Shown here one piece after another: positions 42,390-55,433 of a DNA stretch of 64,000 nucleotides. Numbering within the stretch: position 1 is the stretch's first letter; every line of letters starts with the position of its first letter. The stretch lies in NCBI RefSeq assembly GCF_009914755.1, contig NC_060928.1. One strand, 5' to 3'. This DNA is from the human T2T-CHM13v2.0 reference genome, Homo sapiens. The notes under the pieces are model-generated. The model was not told the origin of the DNA, did no database searches, and saw nothing but the letters and a program-made list of their open reading frames with translations. A program made the translations under genes and the position numbers.

Positions 42390-44657
42390 TCATTAATTTT
42401 ATTCAGCAACTATTTACTGAGTGCTTAATATATACCAGCCACATGCTAGGTGCAGAGAATAAAGAAGTAGAAAAAAATCGCACAGTCCTTGCCCTTGTAC
42501 AGTCAAATACATGTGTCCTTTCACAGCCACTCTTGGTATGAGATGCTGTGCCACTAGACACTTGGTGTGCAGCACAGTGCCTGGCCTACAGGAAGGCTCC
42601 AGAATTATTCACCATTATAGGCTCCTGATGGACATCCCTGATTCACTTCCCACTTGGATTCCAGAATCAGCCATTCACCAAAATTCCAGATAAACTCACT
42701 TTCTTGGCTCTCTGAGATGCCTCCCCACCCCGCTTTGCCTCTCCTTCCCCATAGAGAATGCTGCTGCCCAAATCACACCCTCCAAACTCCTGTTTTCTCT
42801 TTTCAGCTGGTCCTTTGGCTCTTGCCAAAGCATTTTCAGTGGATGTCGCCTGCCTGTCCTGCTCTCCCTCTGACTTCCCCACCACCAGCCTGCCATTCCT
42901 AGTCTTGCCTCTCACTCTGTTCTGGGCCAATGACCTAAATTCTACTTCCTTGAGACCTGAGTGGGCCACAGCAGCATCCTCTCACCCTCTCCATCCTCTC
43001 CTCTTCACAGTCACCTCACCCTTCAAGCCCTTCCCTTTCATCTTTCCACTGGTGCCAGTGGAAAAGTGAGCCAAGATTAAGCCTACATCTGGAGCATCCT
43101 GAGAGCTTGCCTCATCTCCAAAGCCAGCCTCTGCTTCTGTGATCTCATCCCCATCACTCCCTCCCCACTCCAGCCCCGGCTCCCCCATCCACTTCCACAA
43201 TTCCAGCTTCCTCAGGCTCTTCCCACTGCCTCCTTTCTCATTGCATACAAAATGCACAGATTCATTCATTCATTCATTTACAAATACCCATTAAGTGCTA
43301 GCATGTGCTGTGTGTTAAGCACTCTAGGTTCTGGGGATAGAGCAGTGAGCAAAACAAAATCTCTACCCTTACAGAGCTTACACTCTAGTGTGGAGAGTTG
43401 GACAATAAACAGCCCACCAAATAATGCAGCATGTCAAATGGCGAAAAATACAAGCTTGAACCAAGCCTCCAGGCAGCGCTGGGCCTGCATGTGAACTGGA
43501 GAGAAAGGATGGAGGAAGAGAGAGGGAGGTCGGTCATTACTTCAAAGGGCTCTCCTTATGGGTCGAACTATTTCATAGTGGTGGGGGAAGAGCTGCTAAG
43601 GGTCGTATTGCTTCACTGGTTTGCTGAGAAACTTCTGGAGCCTGCGCTGGACAGGACTACAGTCTGGATATTGTTCTCTACAAGGTTGTGGGGCTTGGCA
43701 GGCAAGGCTGCTGTCTTCTGCCCTAAAATCACAGTAGGTCTGAAGTTGATAACACAGTGTGCAAGCTTGTCCAAGAGGAATCATTCCATCTCTTGCCTGG
43801 GGATAGAGAGCAGAGGAATGCCTTGGCTCTTGGCTGTACTGTGTATTTTGGCAAATGAATATAAGAAAGGCTTCAGCGTGGTCTTTCTGCCTATCTCCTC
43901 ATCTAAGTCCAGGTAATGAGGAATTTGGGAGAAGATTTGACAAGTTTATGAAAGTGCTACCTCCCAACCACTAATTAAAGGACAATCCAGGCTGGAAAAA
44001 GAGCTCTTTGTTTCACTTTCATTATGAACATATCAAAGTATTAAACTTTTATAATTTACCAGGCTATTTTATATGACAAATTTTGTTGGGCATTCAACAT
44101 ATTGTACGGCACAAAACCTGTTGTAGTTTACTTGTCATTGAGCTGAATATATTTCCCAGTTAGCATGGGGGTACACATACTTTGCAAAACAATATTTTGT
44201 TGTTGTTGTTTTTTGCTTTTAGAGTTAGTTAAAATCATCTCAAATGACACTAGAGCTTTTCTATCTTGCAACACTTTGGAGCAGATAGCTTTACATTCCA
44301 GCTGAATTAATAATAATTAATTATGGACTTCACACAACATTCTCAGCAGAGATGTCCCAGCATACCAGCCTTCACACTACTGATGCTTGGAATGTGCAGT
44401 TCCTCTATCAGTTACAATCTGCTGTGCACAACTTCTATTTTGGGCCTAAGTTGTTTCTTTATATAGAAACCAGTACCCTTGTCAAATCAAGTGAGTGCAT
44501 GAGTCATTTGTGCATTTCCTAAAAACCATCACATCAAATTTTCCTCATCTGTTATCCATTTTCTTTTTTAATTAGAAGGAAAAAGCATTAACAATGCATA
44601 TATCTTGGTGAAAATCCTAAGTGTTCACAGACTACTGTTACAGTAAAAATGTTTCTT

Positions 44658-44955
<298 letters not shown>

Positions 44956-46396
44956 GTTCCTTGGTGGTGACTGAATTTCATACTTGTTTAAGAGATGATC
45001 AGTCTCCATTTGCATTTTCATCAACTATGTAACTTAAATACCTCTGCTAACTTGGGGCTCAACTTCGATCGTTCATACTGTGACTTGTGATATTTTAGAC
45101 ACTATTGAATGGCTGGAGACGGTGTCACTAATTAGAGTTTAGAAAGTATTTGATGGTTACCCTGATTTTTGAGCCCGATAAAGCAATGAGAACCAGTGTG
45201 GCCCCAGACAAGACTTAAATTCTCACTTTCCAGGTGACTTGAGGTATGGGGGGATATGAAGCTTGTTCTTTCCCCATATCATGGATGGATATTTTTGAAA
45301 AGCTTTGATTTCCTTTAGGTCTTAGTACATTATGCTAAGGAGCTGATGCTTTGGGGAGAGGATACTGCCTTCTATGCGAAGACAAACAAGGACGCCTAAA
45401 ATGTCCTTAGGTAGCCCTTTCTGCACTCTAGGGGCAGTTAGAGGCAAATATGAGGTATGTCTAATCTACTTAAGAATTTGAACCCAAAGAGGTCTGTTAA
45501 ACAATTGGCCCATTCGTCTGAATCTTTCTGAACTTTTCCTGCTTGTGCATATCTTCTGATCACAAAATCTTGTCAAGTATCCCAAGAGTACTCGGTCCTG
45601 TGAGGCCAAGGCCAATGCTCATTTCTTTTGCTCTTTTATCTTCTGAACAAATAACGAGTTAGAAGGAGAAGAGGCAGAGGGATATTCTTGTAAGATTCTT
45701 CCCACTGGAGAAGAGAATGATCCCAAAGAACATTGCCACTGTCTATTTGCAATATTATTAGACCTTACATTTAACTGAGGGAACTTCTATCAATGGCTTT
45801 ATTAATAATGTAGTAATGTCCGTTTGTAGGGTCATTCAATGTTCCAAAGGCTTTGTGAAAATGGGCACTGAGACTTTTCCTATTTCCAATTAAAACAGTG
45901 GATATTTACCAGTTGTTTCATGGACTATTTAATATTTGAATTTATTCTGACCTATTGTCATGAGATTGCTTATCAAATAGGTGTTCTATGTTCCCATAAA
46001 AATGACTGAGGCTATTAAGATTCAAATCATTGAGAGGAGAAGAAAATCTCAGATTTTAACTTAAATGAAAAAGAACTAATTTAACCTTTTATTTTATCTT
46101 TCTTTAATATATTACATTGAAATAGAGAAAGAGGGTGGAAGAAGCCTTCCAGAATAAGGAAGATAAAATCTTACTGAATAGCAGGGGAATATAATACTAG
46201 TTCTTCTTTCCTCCCTGGTGTGGAAAGGGGGACATGTGGGCCGTTTTGCTGCCATGGAAACCAACCAAGGTATGTGGGAGGGGGAGGGAAGGCCCCTTTG
46301 AGGCCCATCCTCCCCTTCTTGGAACTTAAATATCTTTCTTACTTTTCTCAGAGTTAAAGTGTTCTAGTCAGGAGGTGATCTTCCCAATGGCAAGAG

Positions 46397-46398
<2 letters not shown>

Positions 46399-46434
<36 letters not shown>
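46399..46434. repeat. (GT)n microsatellite
   Basis: About 18 GT units. Confidence 0.95.
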
Positions 46435-46436
<2 letters not shown>

Positions 46437-47139
46437 TTTATTTGAGTTCCAATTTGCCTTCTTTCCTACTTTACCTTTTAAATCTAGTGATTCTGGCTGT
46501 CTTTAGTCTAGACTTACCCAGAAGGAAAGTTGACAGTTAAAAACAAAACAATCGTTGAGCATATATTGGGTAGCAGCACAGCCTTCTGTTGTGGGGATGC
46601 ACGGACTGCAAGATATCTAACACATCACATAGAGTCACTAGATACAAACTCTCTGTTATGCTAAGTTATATCTGTCCTGTTCCTATTTCCATACTCAGAG
46701 ATCTCTTAGAAAATAAGCAGCTCAAAATGAATTTCCTCTCCTCTTTAATTCAGAGGATGTTTCTGAGCCACAGTTCTCTTTAATTTTTAAAACTGAATAT
46801 TAAAAACTGTCATCCCCAACACAGATGCAGAAGCCTCTCCTCCTGGGTTTGCTATTTCTTTACAATCCTATGTCACAGGCATCCACCTTTCCTCTTCTTC
46901 CTTCCCAGTCCTTTCTAAGCTGCAGTGGAAGGCGAAGGAGCAATGAACCAGGTATTTGGAAAGCTGGTGAGCATGCCAGTCTGTTTTTCTGGAAGGATGT
47001 TATAGGAGAGAAGAGATCAGCTTGGTAGAAATGTGCTGCTGTGGATGGTAGGAAGTTCCCGTCACAGGAAGCATCCTAGACTAGGTTGGACAATCTCAGA
47101 GGAGGAGTTGGATTAGATGCCCAGTAATCTCATTTTTTA

Positions 47140-47670
47140 AAAAATAAGCATTTTATTTTTTAGAGCAGTTTAAAGTTCACAGCAAAACTGAGCAAAAGGT
47201 GCAAAGATTAGCCCTCTCCCCACCAATCTCTCCATTATCAACATCCCACACCAGAATGGTGCATTTGTTACAGTCCATGGATCTACATTTACATGTCACC
47301 ATCACTCAAAGACCACTCTACATGACTCTACGTGAGAGTTCACTCTTGCTATACATTCTATGGGGTTGGATAAATGTATGACAAGTATTCACCATTGTTG
47401 TATCATACAGAGTATTTTCACTGCCCTAAAAATCCTCTGTGCCCTGCCTGTTCACCCCTCCCTCCCCAGATTTCCCGGCAACCACTGATCCTTTTACCAC
47501 AGTCTTACCTTTTCCAGAATGTCATATACTTGGAATTAGACAGTATGTAGCCTTCTCACATTGGCTTTTCTCACTTAGTGATACACACTTAAAGTTCTTT
47601 CCTGTCTTTTCATAGCTTGATAGCTCATTTCTTTTTAGTGCTAAATAATATTCCATTGTCTGGATGTACT
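47140..47670 (-). mobile_element. L1MB/L1MC 3' region
   Basis: TTTTTAGAGCAGTTTAAAGTTCACAGCAAAACTGAGC...AATATTCCATTGTCTGGATGTAC. Confidence 0.75.
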
Positions 47671-48437
47671 AATATCCTTATGTTAATTTCTAGAGATTGC
47701 AGGATAGCACTGCTAGGGTATCCACAGAGATGAAATAAAAAGGATGTAACAGCCTGATATCTGTGACTTCTACTGAGAATGAATGGCTGAGTTTCAGAGT
47801 TCTGAATGAGGAACATTGCTGATGCTAGGGAGTCAACCTCAGCATGGCTTGTGTGGAGCCCATGACTCTGTGCAAACAGGATGTGGGAGGGCTTGTGCAG
47901 TCCAATGACAGAGATGCAGCACAAACCAGCTGAATCTAAACAGGGACTGTATTGACTCCTGTAACTTGGGGTAAGTCTGCATTTTCAGGCATGGTTGAAT
48001 GTAGGGTGGGAAAAGGTGCTATCAGGGTCCTGGCTGTCTCTGCCTCTCAATTGTCTTTTCTTCCGGGTTGGCTTCATCCTCAGCTGACTTTCCACGAGGT
48101 AGCCAAGATGGAGCTCCAGGCTCACTTTCTACCAGCCAGTTGACACCAGCGCGAATGAAGCAGCTCTTTCCTAGCAAAACTCTCAGGGATGGATTTAATT
48201 GGCCCAGCCGTGAAGGAGTCCCTGTGGTGGACGCCCCTTCTTCCGCAGAATTAGGGATTGGGATCATCATACCACCACCACCTGGGCAATATGAAAGTGG
48301 GGCAGGGGAGGTTTCTAAAGGAAAATTGGGAGTGCTCTTATTAAAAGAATGGAAAATGATTCTGAGCAAGGGAGGTCAACAGACGTTCTTTGTAGCCAGA
48401 CTACAGGAAAACAGTCCAAAAGAGTGGAGATAGGTGT

Positions 48438-48864
48438 TGATATGGCTTGGATATCTCACTCAAATCTCATGTTGAATCGTATTCCCCAGTATTGAAGGTG
48501 GGAGTATTGTGGGAGGTGTTTGGATCAATAGGGCAGATCCATTATGAATGGTTTGGGCCATTGCCTTGGTGATAAGTGATCTCTTGCTTTGGCTGGCACC
48601 TCCCCCCCTGCTTTCTCTCTCTCTGTGGCTCCTGCTTTTGCCATGTGATGTGCCTGCTCCCCACTCACCTTCTGCCATGATTGTAAGCTTCCTGAGATCT
48701 CCCTGGAAGCCAAGCAGATGCCAGCACTGTTTCCTGTAAAGCCTGTGGAACCATGAGCCAAGTAAACCTTTTTCTTTTCTTTTCTTTTCTTTTTTCACCT
48801 TTTTCTTTATAAATTACCCAGTCTCAGGTATTTCTTTAGAGTAATGTAAGAACAGCCTAACATA
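48438..48864 (+). mobile_element. MST (MaLR) solo LTR
   Basis: TGATATGGCTTGG...CAAATCTCATGTTGAAT...ATAAATTACCCAGTCTCAGGTATTTC; 5-bp TSD GGTGT at 48433-48437 and 48865-48869. Confidence 0.85.
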
Positions 48865-49009
48865 GGTGTCAATACATACTACATAAAAGCAACGACAACA
48901 GTGGTCTTGAATATGGTCTCAAAGCAATCAATTCAAAAAGAACCTCATTATACCCTTTTATAACTGAAAGTTAAATGTCTACTGGGACATGATCTGTCCT
49001 TTTCTGGGC

Positions 49010-49560
49010 CTTTGTGTTGTTTGGGCTGCTAGAGAAGAGTGGAAGAAATGGTGAATTCACACTGAGTTCCTGTCTATCTGTTTCCAGTGTGTCTTCATGT
49101 ACTGCCAGGACTAGAAAGGTAAACATGACATTTCCTAGACTCCCTTGCAGCTAGAGTAATAGATAAAATGAATTTCATTAATTAGATGTGCTCAGAGATT
49201 TGAAAGGCAGAAGCAAGGAGGAAAGATTCTTTCTGCTGCTTGATTGCTTTCTGCTGCCATGCACAATTGAGATATTGGGCTTCTGTGCAGCAACTTTCCA
49301 ATGTCTGGTCTCTAGCTTTGTGAGTTTTGAGAGAGAATAACAGAGGCAGCCACTGTGTTCCCCTGATTATGGAAGAGGCAGCAGCTTCCTGCGTGGGCCA
49401 GTTCTGCAGTGCTGCTCTGGGAGCCATTTCTGCAGGTCCAGCCTAGAGCCTGCTACTCCAGCCCTTCCAAAGACATTGAAAGCAGGTAATTTCCTGTATT
49501 AAATCGTCTTCTGCTTAAAACCACTAAAGAGTGTCTGTTTACTGGATCTAAACAAGCAGA
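49010..49560 (+). mobile_element. Old ERVL LTR (LTR33-like)
   Basis: ACATTTCCTAGACTCCCTTGCAGCTAG...CCTGTATTAAATC...TCTGCTTAAAAC. Confidence 0.5.
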
Positions 49561-50579
49561 GTTGACAAAAGTCTCAAGAAAAAATAAAGTCTGGTTCTTG
49601 CTCAAGGCCTGGATGTTCAGAGAGGGCTGATTTGGGAGCAACTCCTGGTGATGTGGGCAGAGGAGCAGCTCATTTGGCTTCCATGCGGGCATGTTCCCAT
49701 GGAAGAAGGGAGCACCAAGGCAACTTCTGGAGCTTTTCTTATCAATATGAGGGCTCCTCCACAGAAATCACCAGGGCTTTTCTCTCTGTTCACCCATCAG
49801 GAACTATCCTCCGTTCCTTTAATTCATTTTCTCAATGTGAGGCCTTTGCTATATTCACTTATGCTTTCATTTATAATCCACAACTATTTACTGAGCACCT
49901 ATTGGCAAGTGCTATTCTCTTGCGAACTAACCCATCTTGCCCCCTCCTAACTCCCTGCTCCATACTCCCATGTACATGCACACACATACATGCACACTGT
50001 ACACAACACACAAACTTCTCAACTCCTTCACCACCCCCTCCTTGACTGCCACAACCCAGGTTTTTAGTCCTAGTTTGTGCTTCTGTAATTCCTGAATTTT
50101 CCCTATCAAAGTGTTTTCTCACACTGTATTGAAATTGCTCATTCACTTCAGTCTCTCATGCTAAATGTAGCTGCAGGGATGGCAAAGGTTGCATTTCTTA
50201 TTTGCCACTGTAGACTCAATACCTAGCATAATGTCTGGTATACACATAGCCCAGACATCCAATAAATATTTATTGAATTCATATTCTGGCATTCTAAGGG
50301 CTTCCAGGGACTGAATTGTCTGGGCTAAACCTCTTAAGATCAAAGGAAGTGCTAGAAACTCCAGATGCTGAGGTAAAATTGAACCTTGGCAAAATACTTC
50401 TTTCTTTTCTTCCCAAACCCCTCCTCATGTTTCAATTCCCCATCCTCATCTCTTTTAGCTTGACAAAAAAAAAAAAAAAAAAAAAAAAAAAGAAAAGGCT
50501 CTGTCCCTTGCAGGATATGTAACTTTGGAAGAGTTTTTTAACCCGAGACTTTGCTTTCTCACTTGTAAAATGGAAGCGT

Positions 50580-51053
50580 AGTGAATTACAGATGGCCACA
50601 CATTCTTTGACACCATTCCCACTTAAAGATAGGATCGATGTTCCTGCCCCTTGATCTTTAATCTGGGTGGGCTCTGTGACACTTGACCAATAGAACAGAG
50701 CAGAAGTGATGCGGTGCCAATTTCCAAGTGTAGGTCTTAAGAGACTAGCAGCTTCTACTTGGTTTCTTAGAATGCTCACTCAAAGGGAAGCCCGTCACCA
50801 TGTTGTGAGAGAGCCTGAGCTAGTCCCAGCTGTTCTGCCCATTCCAGCTGACACACAGACATATGAACGAAGATACCATCTTGGATGTCCAGCCTAGTTG
50901 AGCCTTCAGATGATAGCAGCCCCAGCTGCCATCTGACTGCAACAACATGAGAGACCCTAGGTAAGCACTCCCCAGCTAAGCCTAGTCAACACACAGAACT
51001 GCGAGCCACTAAAGTTTGGGGTGGTTTACTAAGCAGCAATAGATAACGGCAAC
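50580..51053 (+). mobile_element. MLT1 (MLT1H-like) LTR
   Basis: GATGGCCAC...TGACCAATAGAA...AGCCACTAAAGTTTGGGGTGGTTT...GCAGCAATAGATAAC. Confidence 0.7.
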
Positions 51054-51493
51054 TAGAAGTAATGGTAATACCTACCTCATAGGACTGTTATGAAGGTAAA
51101 ATGAGATTTTTAAATGCAAAACCCCTGTGTACAACCTAGAATGAAACAAGCGCTCATTATGTATCGTCACTTCTCCTGCCTTGCCTCCTTCCTCTTTTTA
51201 ACTCTATGAATGTCCCAGAAGGAGAGGTAGGTGGAGTGGAGATGGGCTATATGCTAGGTATTTGGAATTTGAATAGCTCTCTTTTCTTTTTTACATCTTT
51301 CTCTTGCTTCTCTCTTTTCTGTGTTCTTTAAAGCATAGCCAGATCATTTAGATCTAAAATAAGAACACCAAATCAAGCCTTTGCGTTGCAGACAGAAAAA
51401 TCACGGGTTTTGTATGGGCTTATGGTAATGAAAATCAAGCCCAAGAAACTAAATGATTCAAAGCAAAATTCCCCTTGACAGCTTTTGTCATGT

Positions 51494-51496
<3 letters not shown>

Positions 51497-51536
<40 letters not shown>
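51497..51536. repeat. (TG)n microsatellite ~1.7 kb upstream of RASL11B
   Basis: About 18 TG units. Confidence 0.95.
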
Positions 51537-51537
<1 letters not shown>

Positions 51538-52399
51538 TAAACTAGTACTTTAGCCTACATCATTATTTTACCATGTAAGCATGATAGAATAGCAGGCTTT
51601 TTGGAGGGGAAAGATTTTAAAAGTACATGGTTACCTGTAATTACAGTCTTGCAAAGTTTGATTTTATAGAAGTGACATTCAAGTCTGATTTAAACCATGC
51701 AGAAAGACATGGTGCATATTGGAAATGCTTTTTCTTTCTGACTCAAATGGCTGTTTCGTTCTAGTGATCTCCCTAGAAGTCAGCCTTTTATTATGTTTAT
51801 TGTAAGGTTGTGTGTCTTTCTAATTACGTGGCCCATCCTAGAAAACTTGCTACCTTGAGATTACCTTTCTATTTCTCCTTGCATTCCTGCAAACACCTAA
51901 ACCTCTGTAGACAAGAGGTTCATCTCAGAGTCTGAACTGGCTGAGGATCATAAAATTCTGTCAAATACCTGGTCAATTAAGTTCTGGCTGGAAGAGGGGG
52001 TCAAATTAGATGACTGACATGTGCGGATAAGGGCACTGGTTTATTTCACATTTTAGCCTTTAATGTGGGTGGGTACACAAAGCCACAGAGTTTGTTGCCA
52101 TACCCCAACATAAAAGCCTCTGGGACAAGGTTGAAAGGGTAGCGGGGAGAGGGCCTTGGATAGCGGATGGGGTGGTTAACCCGCGACTCTGGTGACATTT
52201 TGCCATCAGCCGCTGGTGACATCTTGCCATCAGCTGCAGCTACAGAATGTTGCTCGCAGGAGGAATTTGGCCTGCCGTTGAAGATGTGTTTCTCAGATGA
52301 GACTGTAAGGGGCCGGAGCTTGGGATTTTAGGAGTGCAGGGCCCACCTCTTCCTTGGTATCAAGCCACTTAACTAAACTCTTGCGGTGTCTTATGACCA

Positions 52400-53770
52400 G
52401 GGACGAAGTGCGGGGCCCCTTCAGACGTCGCAGCTGGGGTAACTGTTTTCTTTCCATTTCACAGCTCTTGAAGGAGGTGTGACTGAGTGAGGCGCTGGAA
52501 AGCTTGTTCTATAATTACTTCTTGATCCGCTTCTAGGCGTGCTGTGCATGCGTCCGACCATGTGTGTTTGCGTTAGCTTGCGCCGTCGACAAGAGCCAGA
52601 GAACGTGGGTCTAGGATAAAACGTGGATGATATTTTTGCTTCAAATGTCACATTTTACGGGGGTCTAAAGGTCTTAGGCTGGAGTCTTTGCGGATGATTG
52701 CCAACTGTAGCTGAATCTATGAGCTGGGATGTACCCAAGCCAGTGCAATCGCTCCAAATCAGGGCGGGCGGCACTAAGCCGGGGAGCAAACACCGCTCCC
52801 GGCCCGCCCAGAGCAGACGCCCTAGGTTGGGGCTGCAGCGAGTGCGCGCGTGGGCTGTGGAGCCGGCGGAGGCAGCGGTCCGGAATGGCTCTGTGGAGGC
52901 TGCGCTCTCTTCCTGGCCCCGCAGCCACAGCAGCTGCCCCATGCTCGCGCGGCAGGACCTACCAGGCGCCCACCCTGGGCTGCGCCGCCTCGGACCACCC
53001 GCTGCTCCCCTCCGCCCGCTGCCTCTTCTCCCCGCGCCTCACGGGGCTCCGCACTGACTCCAGGCGCCTCCGGGGGCGTCGCGCGAGCGGAGCGGCGCCG
53101 GGGGCGGGGCCTCGTGTAGGGCGCCCCGGGATTGGCTGTGGGGAGAGGGGGCGGGGCCGGCCGCGGAGAAAACAGCCGGCGCGCCGCGCGAGTGCAGTCT
53201 GGGTCTGGAGCCTGAGCCCTGCGGAACCTCGGCGCTCGGCCCCACCCCGCCCGTACCTGCACTTATTTATTGTTGTTATTTCTTACCGCGGAGCCCCGCA
53301 GTCGGGTCCTCCCGCCCGCTCCCGCGCAGCGCTAGCATTCTCCAGTCCCTCAGTCCCTTCCCGCGCGGTGCGCCGCAGCCGAGGCGATGCGCCTCATTCA
53401 GAACATGTGCACCATCGCCGAGTACCCCGCGCCGGGCAACGCCGCGGCCTCCGACTGCTGTGTGGGCGCCGCCGGCCGCCGCCTGGTCAAGATCGCCGTG
53501 GTGGGCGCCAGCGGCGTGGGCAAGACCGGTGAGTCGTCGCGCTTAGCCCTGGGTCTGGTCTTGGACGACCCCTGACGGGAGTTGAGGCTGAACAAGGCGT
53601 GGGGAGCGGTGGGAGCTGCAGCCCGACCGCTCTCCGTCCCCGCGCAGGGAGCCGCTGCCCCTTGGGAGTGGGCTTAGCCGTTGTCTACGCCACCCGCCTG
53701 CTTCCACAGACGGGGGAAACAAGGATCAAGAATGGCCAGGCAGCTTTCTGGGGACCACCGGCACCGCCGC
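52400..53770. promoter_or_regulatory. RASL11B: CpG island / RASL11B promoter, 5' UTR and start of intron 1
   Basis: Very high GC and CpG density; GC boxes GGGGCGGGGC at 53101-53110 and 53148-53157; inverted CCAAT (ATTGG) at 53131-53135; no clear TATA box. Confidence 0.9.
53387..53528 (+). CDS. RASL11B: RASL11B coding exon 1 (MRLIQNMC...GASGVGKT, G1/P-loop)
   Basis: ATG at 53387 inside a CpG island; 47 codons +1 nt ending in the P-loop GASGVGKT; donor G|GTGAGT at 53528/53529. N-terminus recognised as RASL11B. Confidence 0.96.
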
Positions 53771-54146
53771 CATCAGAACTTTGGGGTGTTTGAGCCTCTG
53801 GCAATGCCTGGCACAGAAAGGGGAGTTAGTGAAGCTAGCCCCCCTGGGAGGTCTTGAAGGTTAGGAAGACATGGGTCTACTGGAAGGCTTAGGTGTGGCT
53901 CAGCCGGGCTCAGAGGAGGGGGTGGGCCCAGTGAGCCTTCCAGCTGCACAGAGCCATAATTCACGATGCCTTCTAGCCCCCTCCTTTTTGTCTGGAAAGA
54001 AGGGTCAAGGAGCTACAGGGTAGGAATTTCACTTGGTGGCCATCTATGGCTTTCTTTGGGAGAACTGTTTTCCAGGCAGGGGGTGGGGTGGAGAACAATC
54101 TAACTTCCAAGGTTAACACTTTGACGTTCTTTTTTCTGACGTGCAG

Positions 54147-54203
54147 CACTGGTGGTCCGGTTCCTCACCAAACGATTCATCGGTGACTATGAAAGAAATG
54201 CAG
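54147..54203 (+). CDS. RASL11B: RASL11B coding exon 2 (ALVVRFLTKRFIGDYERNA, switch I)
   Basis: Pyrimidine tract plus TGCAG acceptor ending 54146; donor CAG|GTGAGA; 57 nt, phase 1 to phase 1; continues the Ras fold in frame. Confidence 0.95.
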
Positions 54204-55356
54204 GTGAGACAATGCATTTGAGAAAAATTCTGTCCCATTGCAGGAGGACTGCGGTTCCCATTTTCCAGCGCTTCCCAGGGAGGTTCTTTCAGTGACAGTC
54301 CGAGCCTGAGGATCCCGCCACTTAAAACTTTCCCCAGTCCCCAGCCCTCCATGGCGCCCCCCTCCCATAACTACCATCTGGCCTCATTCCATTCCAAGCC
54401 CATTCATCATTTTATCAAGTGCCTGAAAGTATTCCCCTTGGTATGTTTTAACTATAGTGACCCCAGTTGGAAGCACCCTTTGTAGTCAAGAACCTCTCCC
54501 TTCAAAACACTCCTGCAAAAGTCGTAAAAAAAAAAAAAAGGAGTCCCTAGCTCCTTCCCCCACCCCTCTCCTTCTCTGCTGGCTGCCTTTCAGAGGTGAC
54601 CTTTTAAAGCAAAGGCCAAAGGAGAGCAGTTGTAAACCTAAAGTTCCTCCTTCTTAACAAAGACAAACAACTGGATGGTAGAATTTTAGGAGGAGAATTC
54701 CCGAATAAATGAGAGGACACATTTTTCAATCCTTATGATTAAGAATAGCCACTGGGGAGGCTTAAGAGCTTTCTGCCTATGCTCTGTTAGCAAATTGCTT
54801 AACTCTGTAGACCATATGAGTACCTATAGGGGATTATTTGAAATGAGCTGTATAAGCTATCCCAAGATAAGACATGGCAGCCTTCTGATTTGATGTAGAG
54901 TTGATTATAATTATATCACATTTTTATTCCAACTGATAACATTGGCTGTGTGTTTACTAACAGTATTTGTCTAGCAAGCCATTATATCTAACGGCCAAAA
55001 TACAAAGTTACAGTCAAAGAATGAATCAAGTACTCAAGAAAACAGAAACCTCACATAGGCTGAGCAAGATAATTTGCATCAAGGGAGTACTCTAAAAATG
55101 GAAACTTTGTTTAAAACTAGATAAATAAGTTTTCAAAAACTTGCAAACTTTGCCCTGGTTTTAATAAATCTAACATAGGGTTAAAATTGCTGTTGTTTTT
55201 TAAAAAAAATCTGAAGTAAGCCCACCAAATAGAAATAAACTATCGCTGTTTTGTGTGCATTTATGCATTGTGCATTTTTTTTCTAGCTTAAAACTCACAA
55301 TGTTTTAAAAGTTGTACAAGAAGGAAGAACATAATCTCTTTTATTTGCCTTCATAG

Positions 55357-55433
55357 GTAATCTCTATACTAGACAAGTTCAGATAGAAGGTGAAACCCTG
55401 GCTCTTCAGGTTCAAGACACTCCAGGTATTCAG
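55357..55433 (+). CDS. RASL11B: RASL11B coding exon 3 ([27 protein letters not shown]3 DTPG)
   Basis: Acceptor ttttatttgccttcatAG ending 55356; donor CAG|GTGAGA; 77 nt; contains the DxxG motif in frame. Confidence 0.95.

Noticed and set aside
52729-53532. 267-aa ORF and other overlapping ORFs across the promoter
   Set aside because: R/A/P/G-rich open frames are expected from stop-codon scarcity in a CpG island; no recognisable domain, and out of frame with RASL11B.
52900-53600. Canonical BMP-SMAD element (GRCGNC-N5-GTCT)
   Set aside because: GGCGCC and GTCT both occur, but I found no pair with the required 5-nt spacing.
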